A DNA stretch of 64,000 bases from Rhabdochlamydiaceae bacterium (GCA_047459655.1 JAJREF010000001.1:264219-328218); one strand, 5' to 3'. Positions 30,535 through 42,431 are shown, counted from the first letter of the stretch. Translations and numbers: made by a program. Notes: generated by a model from the sequence alone, not told the origin.

Positions 30535-32275
30535 CTAGACAACATCTGCCGCACAACGGAAACCATAGGTGCCGTTCATGGTACCTGGGTTATTGCGATG
30601 GCGATGAGAGCTACGCATATCTTCTTTGAGACTTTTCCAGCAGCCACCCCTTAGGACGCGGTAGACACCTTGGACAGGACCCCTGGGATTATTGGGTTCT
30701 TGGACGGAAATGTCATAGTAATGGTAATCATACCAATCTTGGCACCACTCGTAGACGTTACCTGCCATGTCATAGAGTCCAAAAGCGTTGGGTGGATAGC
30801 TCATCACACCGGTTGTATCTGAGCTAAAGAAATTCGCTTGTGATCTTTCAATGGTTTTTCCTGTGGGATAGATACTATCTTCCGAGGCAGAAGAGGCTGC
30901 AACTTCCCATTCAGCTTCTGTAGGAAGTCTTTTTCCAACCCACTTGGCATAGGCGACTGCTCCATACCAAGCAACACCTACAACAGGGTGCCTTGCATAC
31001 CCAGACTCGATTGTGAGTTTACCACCAAACCGCTTGATGCGAGAATCACGCAACCGAATGATATCGTTGTTATTATGATCTTTTTCCCTCCCATTGCTTC
31101 GAGGAATCTGACAAACTGCTCATTTGTTACAGGGTGCTTATCGATAGCAAAAGAGCTGAGGTTCACGAGATGGCGAGGGATTTCATCCCTACCACCTGAA
31201 AGGCTTCCTCTATAAAATGCGCCCCTCTGATGATGACCATATCTGTTAAGAGCGGCTCGATCTCTTTGTGCTCTTGCGGTTTGGGAAGGTACTTAGCAAC
31301 GGTTGTCTCTAGCTGAAAAATAGCGGCAGGATCAGCATCAAACTGAGGCCTTACAATTTCCCCTGGTTTGAGGATGGGTTTAGGTGCATCTTGAGATGAC
31401 TTGGGAGAAAGATGTAAGATCTCTTCGAGAGCTTGCTGCAGGCAAGCAGGCCTTTTCGATGGATCTTGTTGGAGACACGCTTTGATGAGTTTATCCCAGT
31501 TTAGTTTATAGTGCGGTGTAATCTCTGAAGGAAGAGCAAAAACACCCTCAGGAAATTGCTGGGTGAGAAGGTAATAAACAACGACCCCAAACGCATAGGT
31601 GTCTGTTTTTGTGGTTTTTGTATGGTAAGAAGGAGATTTTTGTTCAGGTGCTAAAAAAAGAAAAGTGTGTAAAAAGGCCTGATGCAGCTTGGGGAGCTCT
31701 TGTTCACTTTTACCTACACTTTCAGACACTATTTTGTATGTTTTAGCAAGCAAGTTCCCTGCTCCCATGATACGCCCTAGGCCAAAGTCAGAGAGATGAA
31801 CCGTGATACCCGCTTGCCCTTTTTTGACCAAGATATTGGAAAGCTTGAGCCCTTCATGAGAAAAGGGAAGGCCATCTTGTATTTTTTCATGGGCAAAATC
31901 AAGAGCAGATGCTATCTGGGAAGCAATACTTACAACCTCTGCCTCTTCAAGAGAACCTTCTTGCTCTATAAGATAATCAGCAAGGTTGAGTGATCTTCCT
32001 TCATTAAGAACACAATCGGTCACAAGAAAATAAGTGCCCTGATCTTCTGATACGGTATGTATTTTGACAATGTTGGGATGGTCAAGGGTAGCTAAGAGAG
32101 AGACTTCTTTTTCAAATCTATATAAAAAATCTGCATCAAGACCAAAATCTGCTGATAAGATTTTTAACGCATAGGGTCTTTTTAAAAAGCGGTGCTGCGC
32201 TAAGACAACCTCTCCTAGAGCGCCCTCTCCAATCGTCTTGACAATCTCATAATCCCCTAAGCAGGTCTTTAACAT
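30535..32275 (-). CDS. pkn1: Ser/Thr-kinase-like domain fused to an FGE-sulfatase (SUMF1) domain, Pkn1-like; frame broken twice
   Basis: ORF 31163..32275 has [15 protein letters not shown] and LSDFGLG. ORFs 30978..31166 and 30535..31053 have [36 protein letters not shown] and GFRCA. Confidence 0.8.
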
Positions 32276-32322
32276 ACATTCTCACAGCTTTTGTATTACT
32301 TTCATGATTTCATCTAATTTGG

Positions 32323-34304
32323 TCAAGGGTGGAAGACACTGACCTCTTTTACAGATATATACCGTTGTTTCTTGGTTGATAGAGATTTTATCTGCATGTA
32401 GGAGCTGATTTTCCTTCCAAAAAACCGCTGCATGGGGCAAAAACAAGACCCCAAGGCATTGAGGATTTCTTCCTTGCCAGATTTCTTGTCATTCAGCGCT
32501 ATCACAACTGTGGGAGCCCCATTGTCTAGATAACGCTGAAGAGCCATCAGGTTGTAGCTTGCTGCAGGGGCAAATACGTCGATATAGCCCTTGGCTGCTT
32601 TTAAAATGTCTTCTGCTTGCCTTAAATACCCTTCCTCCCAGGTGAGTTGATAGAGGCGGATAAGATTTTCTGCATGCACTCCGTTGCCAGAAGGCTCTGC
32701 GCCGTCATAAAAATCACACTTGCGTAAAATAAGAGGATCTTTCCCATCCGTCTGGTAGAAAGCTCCCTCTATCTCTTTGAATTCTTTCTCAGCAATTTTT
32801 GTAAGGGTAATAGCCCACTCTAAAAACTCACCACCGGCACCCCTTTCAAAAAGTGAAAGAAGCCCTTTAATCAGATACGCATAGTCTTCGAGTGTCGCAG
32901 AAAATTTGACATCTTTTGCAATGTAGCGGCGCAACAATGTAGATCCATTCCACATATTATTTTTTAAAAAAAGAGCCGCTTTCATTGCAGCTTCTAGATA
33001 TCTTGGCTGATTGAAAGCCGTAGAGGCCTGTGCAAGCACATCGATCATGAGGCCATTCCAGGCTGTTAGGACTGTCTCATCTTTAAAAGGTCGCACTCTA
33101 GCAGATCTTCTTTCAAAAAGGGTCTTTTTCCACTCTTCTGAGTTTTTCTTTAAACACCCCTTCATCGAGCAACATAGAAGAGGCAAATTCTTCTATAGCA
33201 GCTTCTATATGAAGCACATTTCTCCCCTCGAAATTTCCTTGATACGTGACATCGAAAAGAGCTGCAAATCTCTCCGTCTTCCCCAGGAATGACATCTTGG
33301 ATCTCTGCAGGGGTCCAGGTGTAATAAAAGCCTTCTTTCCCTTCTGTATCTGAATCTTCCCCTGAGAAAAAACCACCTTCTTTATATTGCAGCTCACGCA
33401 AAACATAATCGAGGGTATTTATTACAGTCTCTTTATATACATCTTTCCTAGAGAGTTTCCATGCTTCTAAATACGCTTTGGATAAAATAGCATTATCATA
33501 GAGCATTTTTTCAAAATGGGGAATCGTCCACTGTTCATCGATAGCATACCGTGCAAATCCACCCCTAGATGATCGTAGATTCCACCTCTGCACATATGAT
33601 CAAGAGTAAGATCGACGTAATAAAGAGCCCTGCTGTCTGCTTGCACCTTTGTATAAGCTAGTAAGAACTCTAGCTGGTACCCCAAGGGAAATTTGGGAAC
33701 CCCTTTTAATCCTCCATTAACAGGATCGGCGATCTTAAAAATTTGCTGAGCCCCTTCAACAACCGATTCTTTAGAGGAAGTTCATGCCCCGTTGCATTCG
33801 CTGTGTGTGCAAAAATCTCAACTAGTTTAGCTGCCTCTTCAAGAAACACACTTCTTTCCTCACTTTGCCACATCTCACGGATGTGAGAGATCAGCTGAGG
33901 AAAACCTACAAATCCATTTTTATTCACAGGGGAAGGTAAGTGATCGCAAAAAAGGGTTGTAAGTCAGGCGTTAAAACCAGATTCAAAGGCCAGCCGCCTC
34001 CTGATGACATCAAGACCTGAGCAAATTCCATATAGATCGCGTTCACCTCAGGGTGTTCTTCTCTATCGACCTGAATATTGACAAAAGCCTCATTCATCTG
34101 CTTAGCAATTTCAGGATTTTCGAAAGATTCCTTAGCCATCACATGGCACCAGTGACATGTCGAATATCCAATCGATAGAAAAACGGGCTTATCCTGTGCC
34201 TTAGCCGCCTGAAAAGCATCAGAGCCCCAGGAATACCACTCAACAGGGTTACTTGCATGTTGTAAAAGGTAGGGGGATTTTTCCTTAGCTAACCTATTTG
34301 CCAT
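32323..34304 (-). CDS. thioredoxin-domain protein of the DUF255/YyaL type with a six-hairpin (N-acylglucosamine 2-epimerase-like) domain; frame broken at least 5 times
   Basis: N-terminal ORF 33924..34304 has [18 protein letters not shown] and [20 protein letters not shown]. Fragments 33706..33927, 33467..33685, 33162..33593 and 32323..33186 continue the protein. Confidence 0.8.
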
Positions 34305-34307
34305 TTC

Positions 34308-34685
34308 TTAAAGCACACCTAAAAATTTAGCTAAATACCAAGCTACAACCAAAATAACAGCTGCGATACCTGCCCAGATAAGCGACGGCATCCACTTTAC
34401 CCCGCCTCCTAAACTGCCCCTGACTTCAAGCGTGCCAATTCCATAGGTAAAATCGTGCTTCTGAGGCTCCCCTTGAAAAACAAAGGGATTGTCTTGCATA
34501 ATTCTGTCGATATCAACCCCTAAAAAAGATCCATACTGCCTTGTAAATCCTTGTGCATAGACAGCAGCTACATGCTCATTGATCGTGCCCTCTTCAATAG
34601 CTTCTAAATGGCTTGTACGAATGGACGTCGCATTTTCTACTTCTTTCAGAGACAAGTTAAGCTCTTTTCTTTTCAGCTGATACAT
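34308..34685 (-). CDS. rodZ: short RodZ-like protein (XRE-type HTH plus a C-terminal TM)
   Basis: 125 aa. The HTH is LKRKELNLSLKEVENATSIRTSHLEAIEEG, followed by YAQGFTRQY and the TM IWAGIAAVILVVAWYLAKF. Confidence 0.65.
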   Translation of the reverse strand: MYQLKRKELNLSLKEVENATSIRTSHLEAIEEGTINEHVAAVYAQGFTRQYGSFLGVDIDRIMQDNPFVFQGEPQKHDFTYGIGTLEVRGSLGGGVKWMPSLIWAGIAAVILVVAWYLAKFLGVL

Positions 34686-34825
34686 CTCACCTAAAATGCT
34701 TTAATTCTTTACTCATATAACCACCTGTATTCAAACAGAGCACCAGCTTTCCTGATATTCCATTTTCTTTGTTAAAATCAATAGAATACAGAGATGCTCA
34801 ATTGATTATAAGAGGTAATTCATAA

Positions 34826-34987
34826 GGAACCTCTGGACAAGTGCTTTTGTCGGAGATTGCTGATCAATTTTTCGAAGATGACGATTTTAGAGAACGTAGC
34901 TAACATGCAGAATGTTAGAAAGGTCGAAAAATCTAGTATTCGAAAAATTGGCAGCAAGATTCGGAAAATGAATTGTCCAGAGGTTCC
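34826..34987 (+). mobile_element. 162-bp MITE-like palindromic element, copy C
   Basis: GGAACCTCTGGACAAGTGC...AATTGTCCAGAGGTTCC, flanked by ATAA at 34822-34825 and 34988-34991. It lies in the divergent rodZ/rnhC intergenic region. Confidence 0.85.
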
Positions 34988-35033
34988 ATAAGATACTTCT
35001 TGTGTTTTTTTTCGGCGCTGCAAAAATCCAAAC

Positions 35034-35930
35034 ATGACAAGTTCTTTTATCGCAACCATCGACCTCTCTTTAGCAGCAAAGATGCAAGGAGATCTTTTAG
35101 AACAAGGGTTTACCTTTACCACTCCCCCTTACACAGTATTTTCAGCCCAAAAACAGGGCGTCTCTTGCACGCTCTACACATCGGGTAAATTAGTCGTGCA
35201 GGGAAAAGAAAAAGAGGAATTCATTACGTTCTACCTCGAGCCAGAAATTTTACAACAACTATCTTTCTCCTACCCCGAGCTCGGCGTTGATATGGAAGCG
35301 AGAATAGGGGTAGACGAAGCAGGAAAGGAGATTTTTTTGGCCCTCTCTGCATAGCAGGCGTGCAGGCAGATGAAGAAGGAATCAAAGCCCTCCTATCGAT
35401 CGGTGTCAAAGACAGCAAAAAAATGTCTGACACCGCCGTTCGCACGATGGCCAAAAAAATCAAAGAGAGATGCCCTCACACCGTCATTGCTATATCCCCT
35501 AAAAAATATAATGAACTCTATGAAACTTTCCATAACCTCAACCACCTACTCGCCTGGGGACATAGCACAGCGATTGCCGAACTCATTGAAAAAACTGGAT
35601 GTAAAAATGTTCTTATCGATCAGTTCGCAAGTGAGCACGTCGTGATCAATGCCCTCAAGAAAAAAATGTAGTTGCCAATTTAAAACAACGCACCCATGCA
35701 GAAGCAGATCCCGTTGTCGCAGCCGCCTCGATTCTTGCAAGAGCCGGTTTTTTAGAAGGCTTAGAGCGCCTCTCAGAAAACATCAAATCATTCTCCCCAA
35801 GGGAGCCAGCGCGCTCGTCCTCCAAATGGGGGTTACCCTCGTCCGCAAGCACGGCAAAGAAATTCTTACAGAAGTGGCCAAGCTTCACTTCAAAACCACC
35901 CTCGAAGTCTTAGCAAGAGCAAGTAAATAA
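35034..35930 (+). CDS. rnhC: ribonuclease HIII; frame broken twice
   Basis: The N-terminal ORF has the RNase HIII-specific domain (VFSAQKQGVSCTLYTSGKLVVQGK) and GVDEAGKG. ORF 35360..35671 has GVKDSKKMSD. A third frame carries the C-terminus. Confidence 0.85.
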
Positions 35931-36000
35931 TTAAACCATTAATTGCACTTGTCTTCTCCTATAAATGTATCGTATAATCCATGCAATTTTTAGGAGCTAT

Positions 36001-36645
36001 ATGACTTTCCGAGTTGAAGAAAGCAAAAATATGTTTATCAATAAGCTAGCACAGCTAGAAGCTGCCTTTGCACCCAAATCTGGTCTTTTAGTCGATGAAA
36101 ATCTCCATGTCATACATAGAGGCCGCTTTTGGTGGGTTCTATCTTTGCTAAGACCTTTCTATGCAATCTTGGGAAGAGATCCCTATAGCCATGTCAGAAT
36201 CGAACGCGTTGTTAAGCATTTTTTTAAGTATGTTGAAGCCAATCAATCTTTTCTGCAAGAGGACCTTAGTTTGGTGGGTAGAATTCAAACTCAACTTTTA
36301 GAAAAAATAGAAACAAGAACAAGAAAGGATTTTTCATTTTATAAGTCAGCTACCGCAGGCCTTGGAATTAATCCAGACCCGTGCATATGGCCACTTGATC
36401 GAGACCGCATATGGGAAGGGATGATTTTACCAACTTATCCTCAGGCGAGAAAGGCTTTTATACAGATTTTAGAAGCACAAACTAGAGCAGCTGTACTTGC
36501 TATAGTTAACCTGTATCAACTAGGGTCACATGGGTTTAATGGTAATTATGAATTTGTTAAAAATGATGATACACGCCATGTGGTTATTCAGCCTTGTCAC
36601 TACCCACAAATACCAAGAAAAAAATTTAATAAAAATGACAAGTAA
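36001..36645 (+). CDS. hypothetical protein
   Basis: ATG at 36001 sits 4 nt after AGGAG (35992-35996), with a TATAAT at 35973-35978. 214 codons with no recognisable domain. Confidence 0.5.
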   Translation: MTFRVEESKNMFINKLAQLEAAFAPKSGLLVDENLHVIHRGRFWWVLSLLRPFYAILGRDPYSHVRIERVVKHFFKYVEANQSFLQEDLSLVGRIQTQLLEKIETRTRKDFSFYKSATAGLGINPDPCIWPLDRDRIWEGMILPTYPQARKAFIQILEAQTRAAVLAIVNLYQLGSHGFNGNYEFVKNDDTRHVVIQPCHYPQIPRKKFNKNDK

Positions 36646-36705
36646 ATAGTTTATTATATACATCGAATATTGTATAATTTTTCTCCTAAACAATAGGAGA
36701 TCAAT

Positions 36706-38045
36706 ATGTTAAATCATCAAAACTGGGTTTTAAAACAATGGCCTTCATATCTGTTTTTTGATCAAAGGCATCAAAAAGAGTGCTCAACATCGCGTTAGCG
36801 ATGTTGAGACTTCCTTCAGCTTCTATTCCGAAGCGATTTGAGGTTCAAAAAGAAATCAAAGGTTGTTATCGTTTTCTCAATAACAAGGCAGTCAATCATC
36901 AAATGTTACAAGGCGAACACTACAAAAATGTCCTTGCAGAAGCAGCTTCAGCACCGGGAAGAGTTCTTTTTATCCAGGATGGAAGTGAGCTAATTTATAA
37001 TAATCTCAAGTGGACAGAGCTAGGACCTACCGCTGATGCAAACGGTAATGGGATTATGTTCCATACCTGCCTTGCTGTTAAAATTGTTGACAATCAACCT
37101 CAAGTCATTGGACTTACCGGGCAAAAAGCTTGGATTAGAAGGCACAAAAAAGAAAAAGCCAATCGTAAGGCGCAAGAAGCACGTGAATCTAAAGTATGGA
37201 AAGAAATGATAGACCTCATAGGCTCCGTGCCTATGAATTGCAAATGGACAACTGTGGGAGATCGGGGAGCTGATATTTTCTCATTTGTGGAATCACTTCC
37301 TCCTGGATGGGACTTTGTTGTTCGCTCAAAACATGACCGTAAAATTTTAGTCAATGATGAGGAACAGAACTTGAGGAAATATATTCGAGGGCTCCCTTCC
37401 ATGGGCACAACAATTCATTCTCTACGAGCAAGAAAAGGCCCTTCTCGAGAAGTCACGCTGCAGATCAGCTGGCATGAGGTTGATGTGCTGCCTCCGGCAG
37501 CAGAAAAAAACAAAAAGCCTATTAGAGGCTGTTATGTGCGTGCTTGGTCTGAAGAAGATCCAGATCTGGAGTGGATTTTATTTACTCGCCCCACGATAAC
37601 TTCCTTCGAAGAAGCCTTAGAAATCGTGACGATATATAAATATCGATGGCTAATCGAAGAATATCACAAATGTTTAAAAACCGGATGCAAGATTGAAGAG
37701 GCTCAACTCAAAACCTCAGATCGCATACTGACGCTTTTTGGCTTGCTAGGTGTTATTGCTACGCAGCTCCTGCAGCTCAAAACCCTTTCACGAATGAACC
37801 CCGATGATCTAGCTGATAAATATGTAGACAAAGACTCAATCCTTGTTTTACAGAGTATTTACAACTTGAAGATGCCCTGGACCGTAAAAGAATACTGGAG
37901 AAGAGTTGGGATGCTTGTTGGTTTTATGGGAAGAAAATCAGATGGAGGTCCTGGGTGGCAAAAAATCTGGGAAGGCTGGGTTAAGCTGCGAGATCTATGT
38001 CGAGGAGTTGAGATCGGAAGGAAGTTAGGTGCAGTATGTGTTTAA
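36706..38045 (+). CDS. IS4-family (Tn5/IS50-like) DDE transposase; one frame change near the 5' end
   Basis: ATG at 36706; the frame changes at the A5 run 36773-36777. SIPKRFEVQKEIKGCYRFLNN (N-terminal DNA-binding region), VGDRGADIF, and YKYRWLIEEYHKCLKTGCKIEE (YREK-region signature of Tn5-like transposases). Confidence 0.85.
36706..38045 (+). mobile_element. insertion sequence core (IS4 family); terminal inverted repeats not located
   Basis: A transposase gene is present. I compared 36646-36705 with the reverse complement of 38046-38124 by eye and found no convincing inverted repeat or 9-bp duplication, so the true ends are unknown. Confidence 0.4.
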
Positions 38046-38124
38046 AAAATTTGCTTGGAAGTTGTGGGTAACGACAAGGGTTATTCAGCTTCAATCACGT
38101 GCAGGACCACTAATCAATACACAA

Positions 38125-39151
38125 ATGCCTGTTCCCCTTTCTATGACCTTTGAAACTACGGCGGATAGAAAGCTATCCCGGGTGTTTATACAGACAAAAC
38201 ATGTAATCGCTGCGGGAGGAGAAAGAAAGGTTAAACTATCAGCCGACCTCCTAACAGGCAAGTGGTTTATTAGAAAACGGGTAATCCAAGGCGATAGCTC
38301 AGAATTAGGCCTCCTAAGCCACTTTCGAGATAATCCGCACCGTGGCATCGCTGAAGTCACCTGCTTATTTGAAAAAGCAACTAAAAAAGGGCCCTCCCCC
38401 AAAAATGATGGTGTTACAGCCTCTATATGATGGGACTATGAAAGATTTCCTGGGTTCTGAGCAACTAACAGAGTGGGATACAAGAGTTGGGCTCATGAAA
38501 GATATTGCAAATGGGCTCAATGCGTTACATGCTTTATCTACAGAAATAAAATTTAGTAATGGGTCTCATGCAAAGCTAAAAATGTTCCACATGGATCTAA
38601 AACCATCTAATATTCTTGTTCGCAGACAAAATGGGCAGTTAACCGCTGCAATAACAGATTTTGGAATGGCGGGTAGTTATACAAAGAGAGGAGGATCCCT
38701 TGGCTACAAGGCTCCAGAAGAAGCGCGGTTAGAACAAAGAGGAAATCTTACAGATACGATGGTTGAAGAACATAATACACTCTACGGACAAGCAATGAAT
38801 GTATGGGCACTGGGACTTCTTTTTATGGATCTTGCAGTTAATAAACCACTAACATTTTTAGATAATCAAAAACCGACTGTCTTTACTCAGCTCCCTTGTA
38901 TACATGAATGCATTTTTAATGCCCAGGGAACGAACAGTTTTGTATTACAGCCTTCCCTAGATAACAAAAAATACGACATATTTCTAGCTTCTCTAGAACA
39001 AAAACAAGTTGATCTTAGTATAAATAAAATCCGCGCACAAGAATCTTTGACTGGGTTCCAACCAGGTCAAGCGAATGTTTGGGACCTAATTTTATTAATG
39101 CTCAGAGTCAATCCTGAGGAGAGAATGTTTGTAAAAAACATCACCCTTTGA
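38125..39151 (+). CDS. eukaryotic-like Ser/Thr protein kinase, kinase domain only; frame broken once
   Basis: G-loop-like IAAGGERKV, Lys in WFIRKRV, catalytic loop FHMDLKPSNILV, ITDFGMA, and GYKAPEE. The frame change lies in the A6-G3-C3-T-C5-A5 tract at 38383-38405. Confidence 0.75.
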
Positions 39152-39203
39152 AAAATATATCGCGATATGTACACTAAGATTTTTTCTCTAATATAGGAAG
39201 TCT

Positions 39204-40118
39204 ATGTGTAAGACAGGTATTTGGTCGATAACTATAACAGGGTCTCTGCTCGTGTCTTCTGCCTACGGCGTTTCTTATGGATTTTCAGACTATTATTTCG
39301 TAGATCCCAATACCCACTGGCACATGGAAGGACGCTACCGCCATATCGGAGCAGCTGAATTTGAGAAGCATAAATACGGACACATCAATTACGCGGACGC
39401 AAATACAGGTATTTTTTATAATCACTCCTTCGACGAAGACAATGCCATTTCTTATGAAGTAGAATATGACTACCTCAAAGTCGATTGGGCCAAAAATCCT
39501 AGATTTAGAGAAACGGTCTTCAACTACTTTGGTGGCTCTGTAGGGTTTATTTCAACAGAGATTGAAAAGTGGCGCTGGGTTATGAATGCAGGCTTTTCTG
39601 TCGATGCAGACGGTTTTAACTTTGGAAAAACAGGCGTCTATCACGGTATGCTCTGGGGAAGGTATAATTTTGCAGACGGGGCTGGAGTCAATGTTGGAGT
39701 GATGGGCTGGTATGGTATTTTGAACGGCTATGTGATGCCGATTTTTGGATTTGATTGGTTTTGGGGTAAACACACAAAATTCAACCTAATCTTTCCGCTC
39801 AATGCTTCTATCACCTACTCGTTTAACCCTCACTGGTCTTTAGAAGCGCTCTACTCAGGCTTTGGCGGTCCCTATAAATATCCAAGAAGAGCCTCTGAGG
39901 GAATAGGCGATTACCATAATCCCATCTTTAAGTTGTACTCTTCAGGAGCCGATTTAAACCTCAACTATGCTTATAACAATACTATCCGCGCCTCTGTTGG
40001 CGGTGGATGGAACTTTGGCGGATGGATGTTAATTAAAAACCACACTAACCACCACGGAAGCTACTACAAGTACAACTCTGCGCCCTATGCGCAAGGCTCA
40101 CTTGCCTTTTCGTTCTAG
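39204..40118 (+). CDS. putative outer-membrane beta-barrel protein
   Basis: 304 aa with a signal-like N-terminus, alternating aromatic/Gly-rich strands and the C-terminal LAFSF (terminal Phe). Confidence 0.55.
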   Translation: MCKTGIWSITITGSLLVSSAYGVSYGFSDYYFVDPNTHWHMEGRYRHIGAAEFEKHKYGHINYADANTGIFYNHSFDEDNAISYEVEYDYLKVDWAKNPRFRETVFNYFGGSVGFISTEIEKWRWVMNAGFSVDADGFNFGKTGVYHGMLWGRYNFADGAGVNVGVMGWYGILNGYVMPIFGFDWFWGKHTKFNLIFPLNASITYSFNPHWSLEALYSGFGGPYKYPRRASEGIGDYHNPIFKLYSSGADLNLNYAYNNTIRASVGGGWNFGGWMLIKNHTNHHGSYYKYNSAPYAQGSLAFSF

Positions 40119-40125
40119 ACAGGGC

Positions 40126-40749
40126 TTATTTATTACGCGTAGTCTTAATAGTATCATCTTCTAGGAGTTTAAATGACTCTACAAAGTTTTTAAAGTGTAC
40201 TTCGTCATAGTTTTTGATTTCACATTCCATAGCCATAAGATAGAGGCTATTTTTAACCATGATCGCTCTGCCTTTAAAGTAGACACCACCTGTGCGAATA
40301 AAGAAATCCATCCCTGGGTTACCGTTAATAAGGATCAGATCAGCAAAAATTAACTGATTCTGATTGTTATGTGTGAGGATTCCATTTAAAAAGCTCTCCA
40401 AACTCATTTGGGCATAAGATGAGTCAACAAAGTCAGGGTACTGTGCAATTAAGAGCATAAAAACCGTTTGTTGATCCATAGATGAGATATAAGCATCATA
40501 TTTGAGCTCATAGCCACCTTCTGGCATTCTGAGATTTTCAGAAACATGCTCAGGAGAGTCTGGAAATGTCACTTTGCATTTTCCTGCAACAGAATGAAAT
40601 TCTTTCCAAGACACCATGCTACTATTTTTTGATTTGCTCGATTCTTTGCTTGACGCTCCATATAGAGCAAATGGACTAACTAAACAAAGCAATCCTGTGA
40701 CGCCTGTCATCAGCCCTCTCAAGACCCCTCGTAATTTTTGTTTTTCCAT
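40126..40749 (-). CDS. hypothetical secreted protein
   Basis: 207 aa. Signal peptide GLMTGVTGLLCLVSPFALYGAS. No known domain recognised. Confidence 0.5.
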   Translation of the reverse strand: MEKQKLRGVLRGLMTGVTGLLCLVSPFALYGASSKESSKSKNSSMVSWKEFHSVAGKCKVTFPDSPEHVSENLRMPEGGYELKYDAYISSMDQQTVFMLLIAQYPDFVDSSYAQMSLESFLNGILTHNNQNQLIFADLILINGNPGMDFFIRTGGVYFKGRAIMVKNSLYLMAMECEIKNYDEVHFKNFVESFKLLEDDTIKTTRNK

Positions 40750-40775
40750 AACCCCTTCCCCCTTATTATTATTTT

Positions 40776-41420
40776 TTAACTTAAACCAGGCACTGTCATA
40801 AGTCTGTAACAGATCCAGCTAACAAACCAAAATGTCATCGTTAACATGAAAAATGGGATGATGACATTGAGCAGGGCTTTCCAAGCGGAAAAGCCTTGTA
40901 CTTCTCCAAGCGTTTGCAACCCCATAAAAAAGCCCCATACAGAGGCAATGATTTGTGCCAAAAATCCGAAAAAGACAATCGACAGTTGATACCCTACAAA
41001 AACCGTGTCAGCAAAGGTACTCATGAATAGTTGCGTGCCAAATACTCCTATTAAGAGAAACCAAACCACTGCATTCACAACACTAGGAACGTATGCCCAG
41101 GCAATCGCAGCTTTTATATTAGTAAAAGAGCTTTTTCCACCTATCCATTTGCCTGTCCAGTAGATAAGGCCTCCGAAAATATTGAAAACCAACACACCAA
41201 GACCAACAGAAAGAACGAGAGCCCCTCCGATAATCCAAGGTAAAGACATCTGAAGTCCCAGCGAAAAATCTTGAGCTATCTGCAGGAGCATCATGAAACC
41301 ATAAACCCCTGATAAGAAGTAGAAAAAGTGTTTAGGATTGGAAGCGGTAATCGCACGGATAGTTTCTCTGGGGCTTACCCAAATCTTCAACCATGGATTG
41401 AATGGCAGTTTTTCCTTCAT
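40776..41420 (-). CDS. Yip1-domain-like integral membrane protein
   Basis: ATG at 41420 (MKEKLPFNPW). Five predicted TM segments after an NPWLKIWVSPRETIR head, a Yip1/DUF1282-like topology. Confidence 0.55.
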   Translation of the reverse strand: MKEKLPFNPWLKIWVSPRETIRAITASNPKHFFYFLSGVYGFMMLLQIAQDFSLGLQMSLPWIIGGALVLSVGLGVLVFNIFGGLIYWTGKWIGGKSSFTNIKAAIAWAYVPSVVNAVVWFLLIGVFGTQLFMSTFADTVFVGYQLSIVFFGFLAQIIASVWGFFMGLQTLGEVQGFSAWKALLNVIIPFFMLTMTFWFVSWICYRLMTVPGLS

Positions 41421-41518
41421 CTTATTCCCCTCACTCTGTTTATTCAAATTACATATAAAAAAATAAATTGTCAATTACTTTTTAAAATAAAATAATTTGA
41501 AATCAATTATTTTTAATA

Positions 41519-42410
41519 TTATATGCTAAATAAATAATCAATTAATGAAGGATGTTCAAAAGAAAATCCGCTAGTTAGTAACTGCTCAGGAATAGCTCGT
41601 GTGCTGGAAAGAAGAGCCTCATCAGCCAGCTCTCCGAAAACAAACCTTAGAATAGATCGTGGAATGTGAAAAAAAGCAGGCCTATGTAAAGAATCTGCTA
41701 AGATTTTAGTAAATTCACTGTTGGTAACAGGATTGGGTGAAGTAAAATTAAAAGGACCTGCCAAATTGGAGTGCTTCCTTGTAAAGTCAATCGCTCTTAT
41801 TAAATCTTCTATAGAAATCCAACTCATCCACTGTGTGCCAGGCCCCAATCTTCCTCCCAAGCCACAGCGGAAAATAGGAAGTACTTTAGCTAAAAGCCCC
41901 CCCTTAGGAGATAAGACTACCCCAAATCTGCCATGGACAACACGAGCTCCCTTTTTCTCTAAGAGATTAGAAGCACTTTCCCATTTTACACACACCTCTG
42001 CAAGGAATCCATCCCCCGGCGGTGATGATTCAGTGAGTAGTTTGCCTGCTTGACTCCCATAGTAGCCAACTGCAGAAGCAGAAAAAAAATAGGAAGGGGG
42101 TTTGTTTAGCTGGGCAAAAGCCTTAGTGAGCAGCCATGTATCTCTACACCGGCTGAGAAAAATCTCCTCTTTTTTGAGCCGTCCACCTACCTTGGAAAAT
42201 AGGACTACCGGCCAAATGAATCACCTCATCGATACCGATCAACTGCTTAGGATCTATCGCTCCCGCTTCAGGGTCCCAATAAATCGAATCTGTCTCTGAA
42301 GGATCTTTCCTTCTGACAAGGCGAACGACCGTATTTTTCTTTTCACGCAGGTAGCGAACTAATTCCTTGCCAATGAAGCCAGAGGAGCCTGAGACAAGAA
42401 TTTTCGTCAT
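41519..42410 (-). CDS. TIGR01777/YfcH-type NAD-dependent epimerase-family protein (DUF1731 C-terminus); frame broken
   Basis: N-terminal ORF 42144..42410 has the Rossmann motif ILVSGSSGFIGKEL. C-terminal ORF 41519..41995 ends with PEQLLTSGFSFEHPSLIDYL. The 42000-42150 segment needs frame changes. Confidence 0.75.
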
Positions 42411-42431
42411 TACTCCTCTCTTGGCCCAGAC

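Noticed and set aside
36646-38124. Terminal inverted repeats and a 9-bp target duplication for the IS4-family element.
   Set aside because: A by-eye comparison of the two flanks gave no convincing match. I am reporting only the transposase gene, not the element boundaries.
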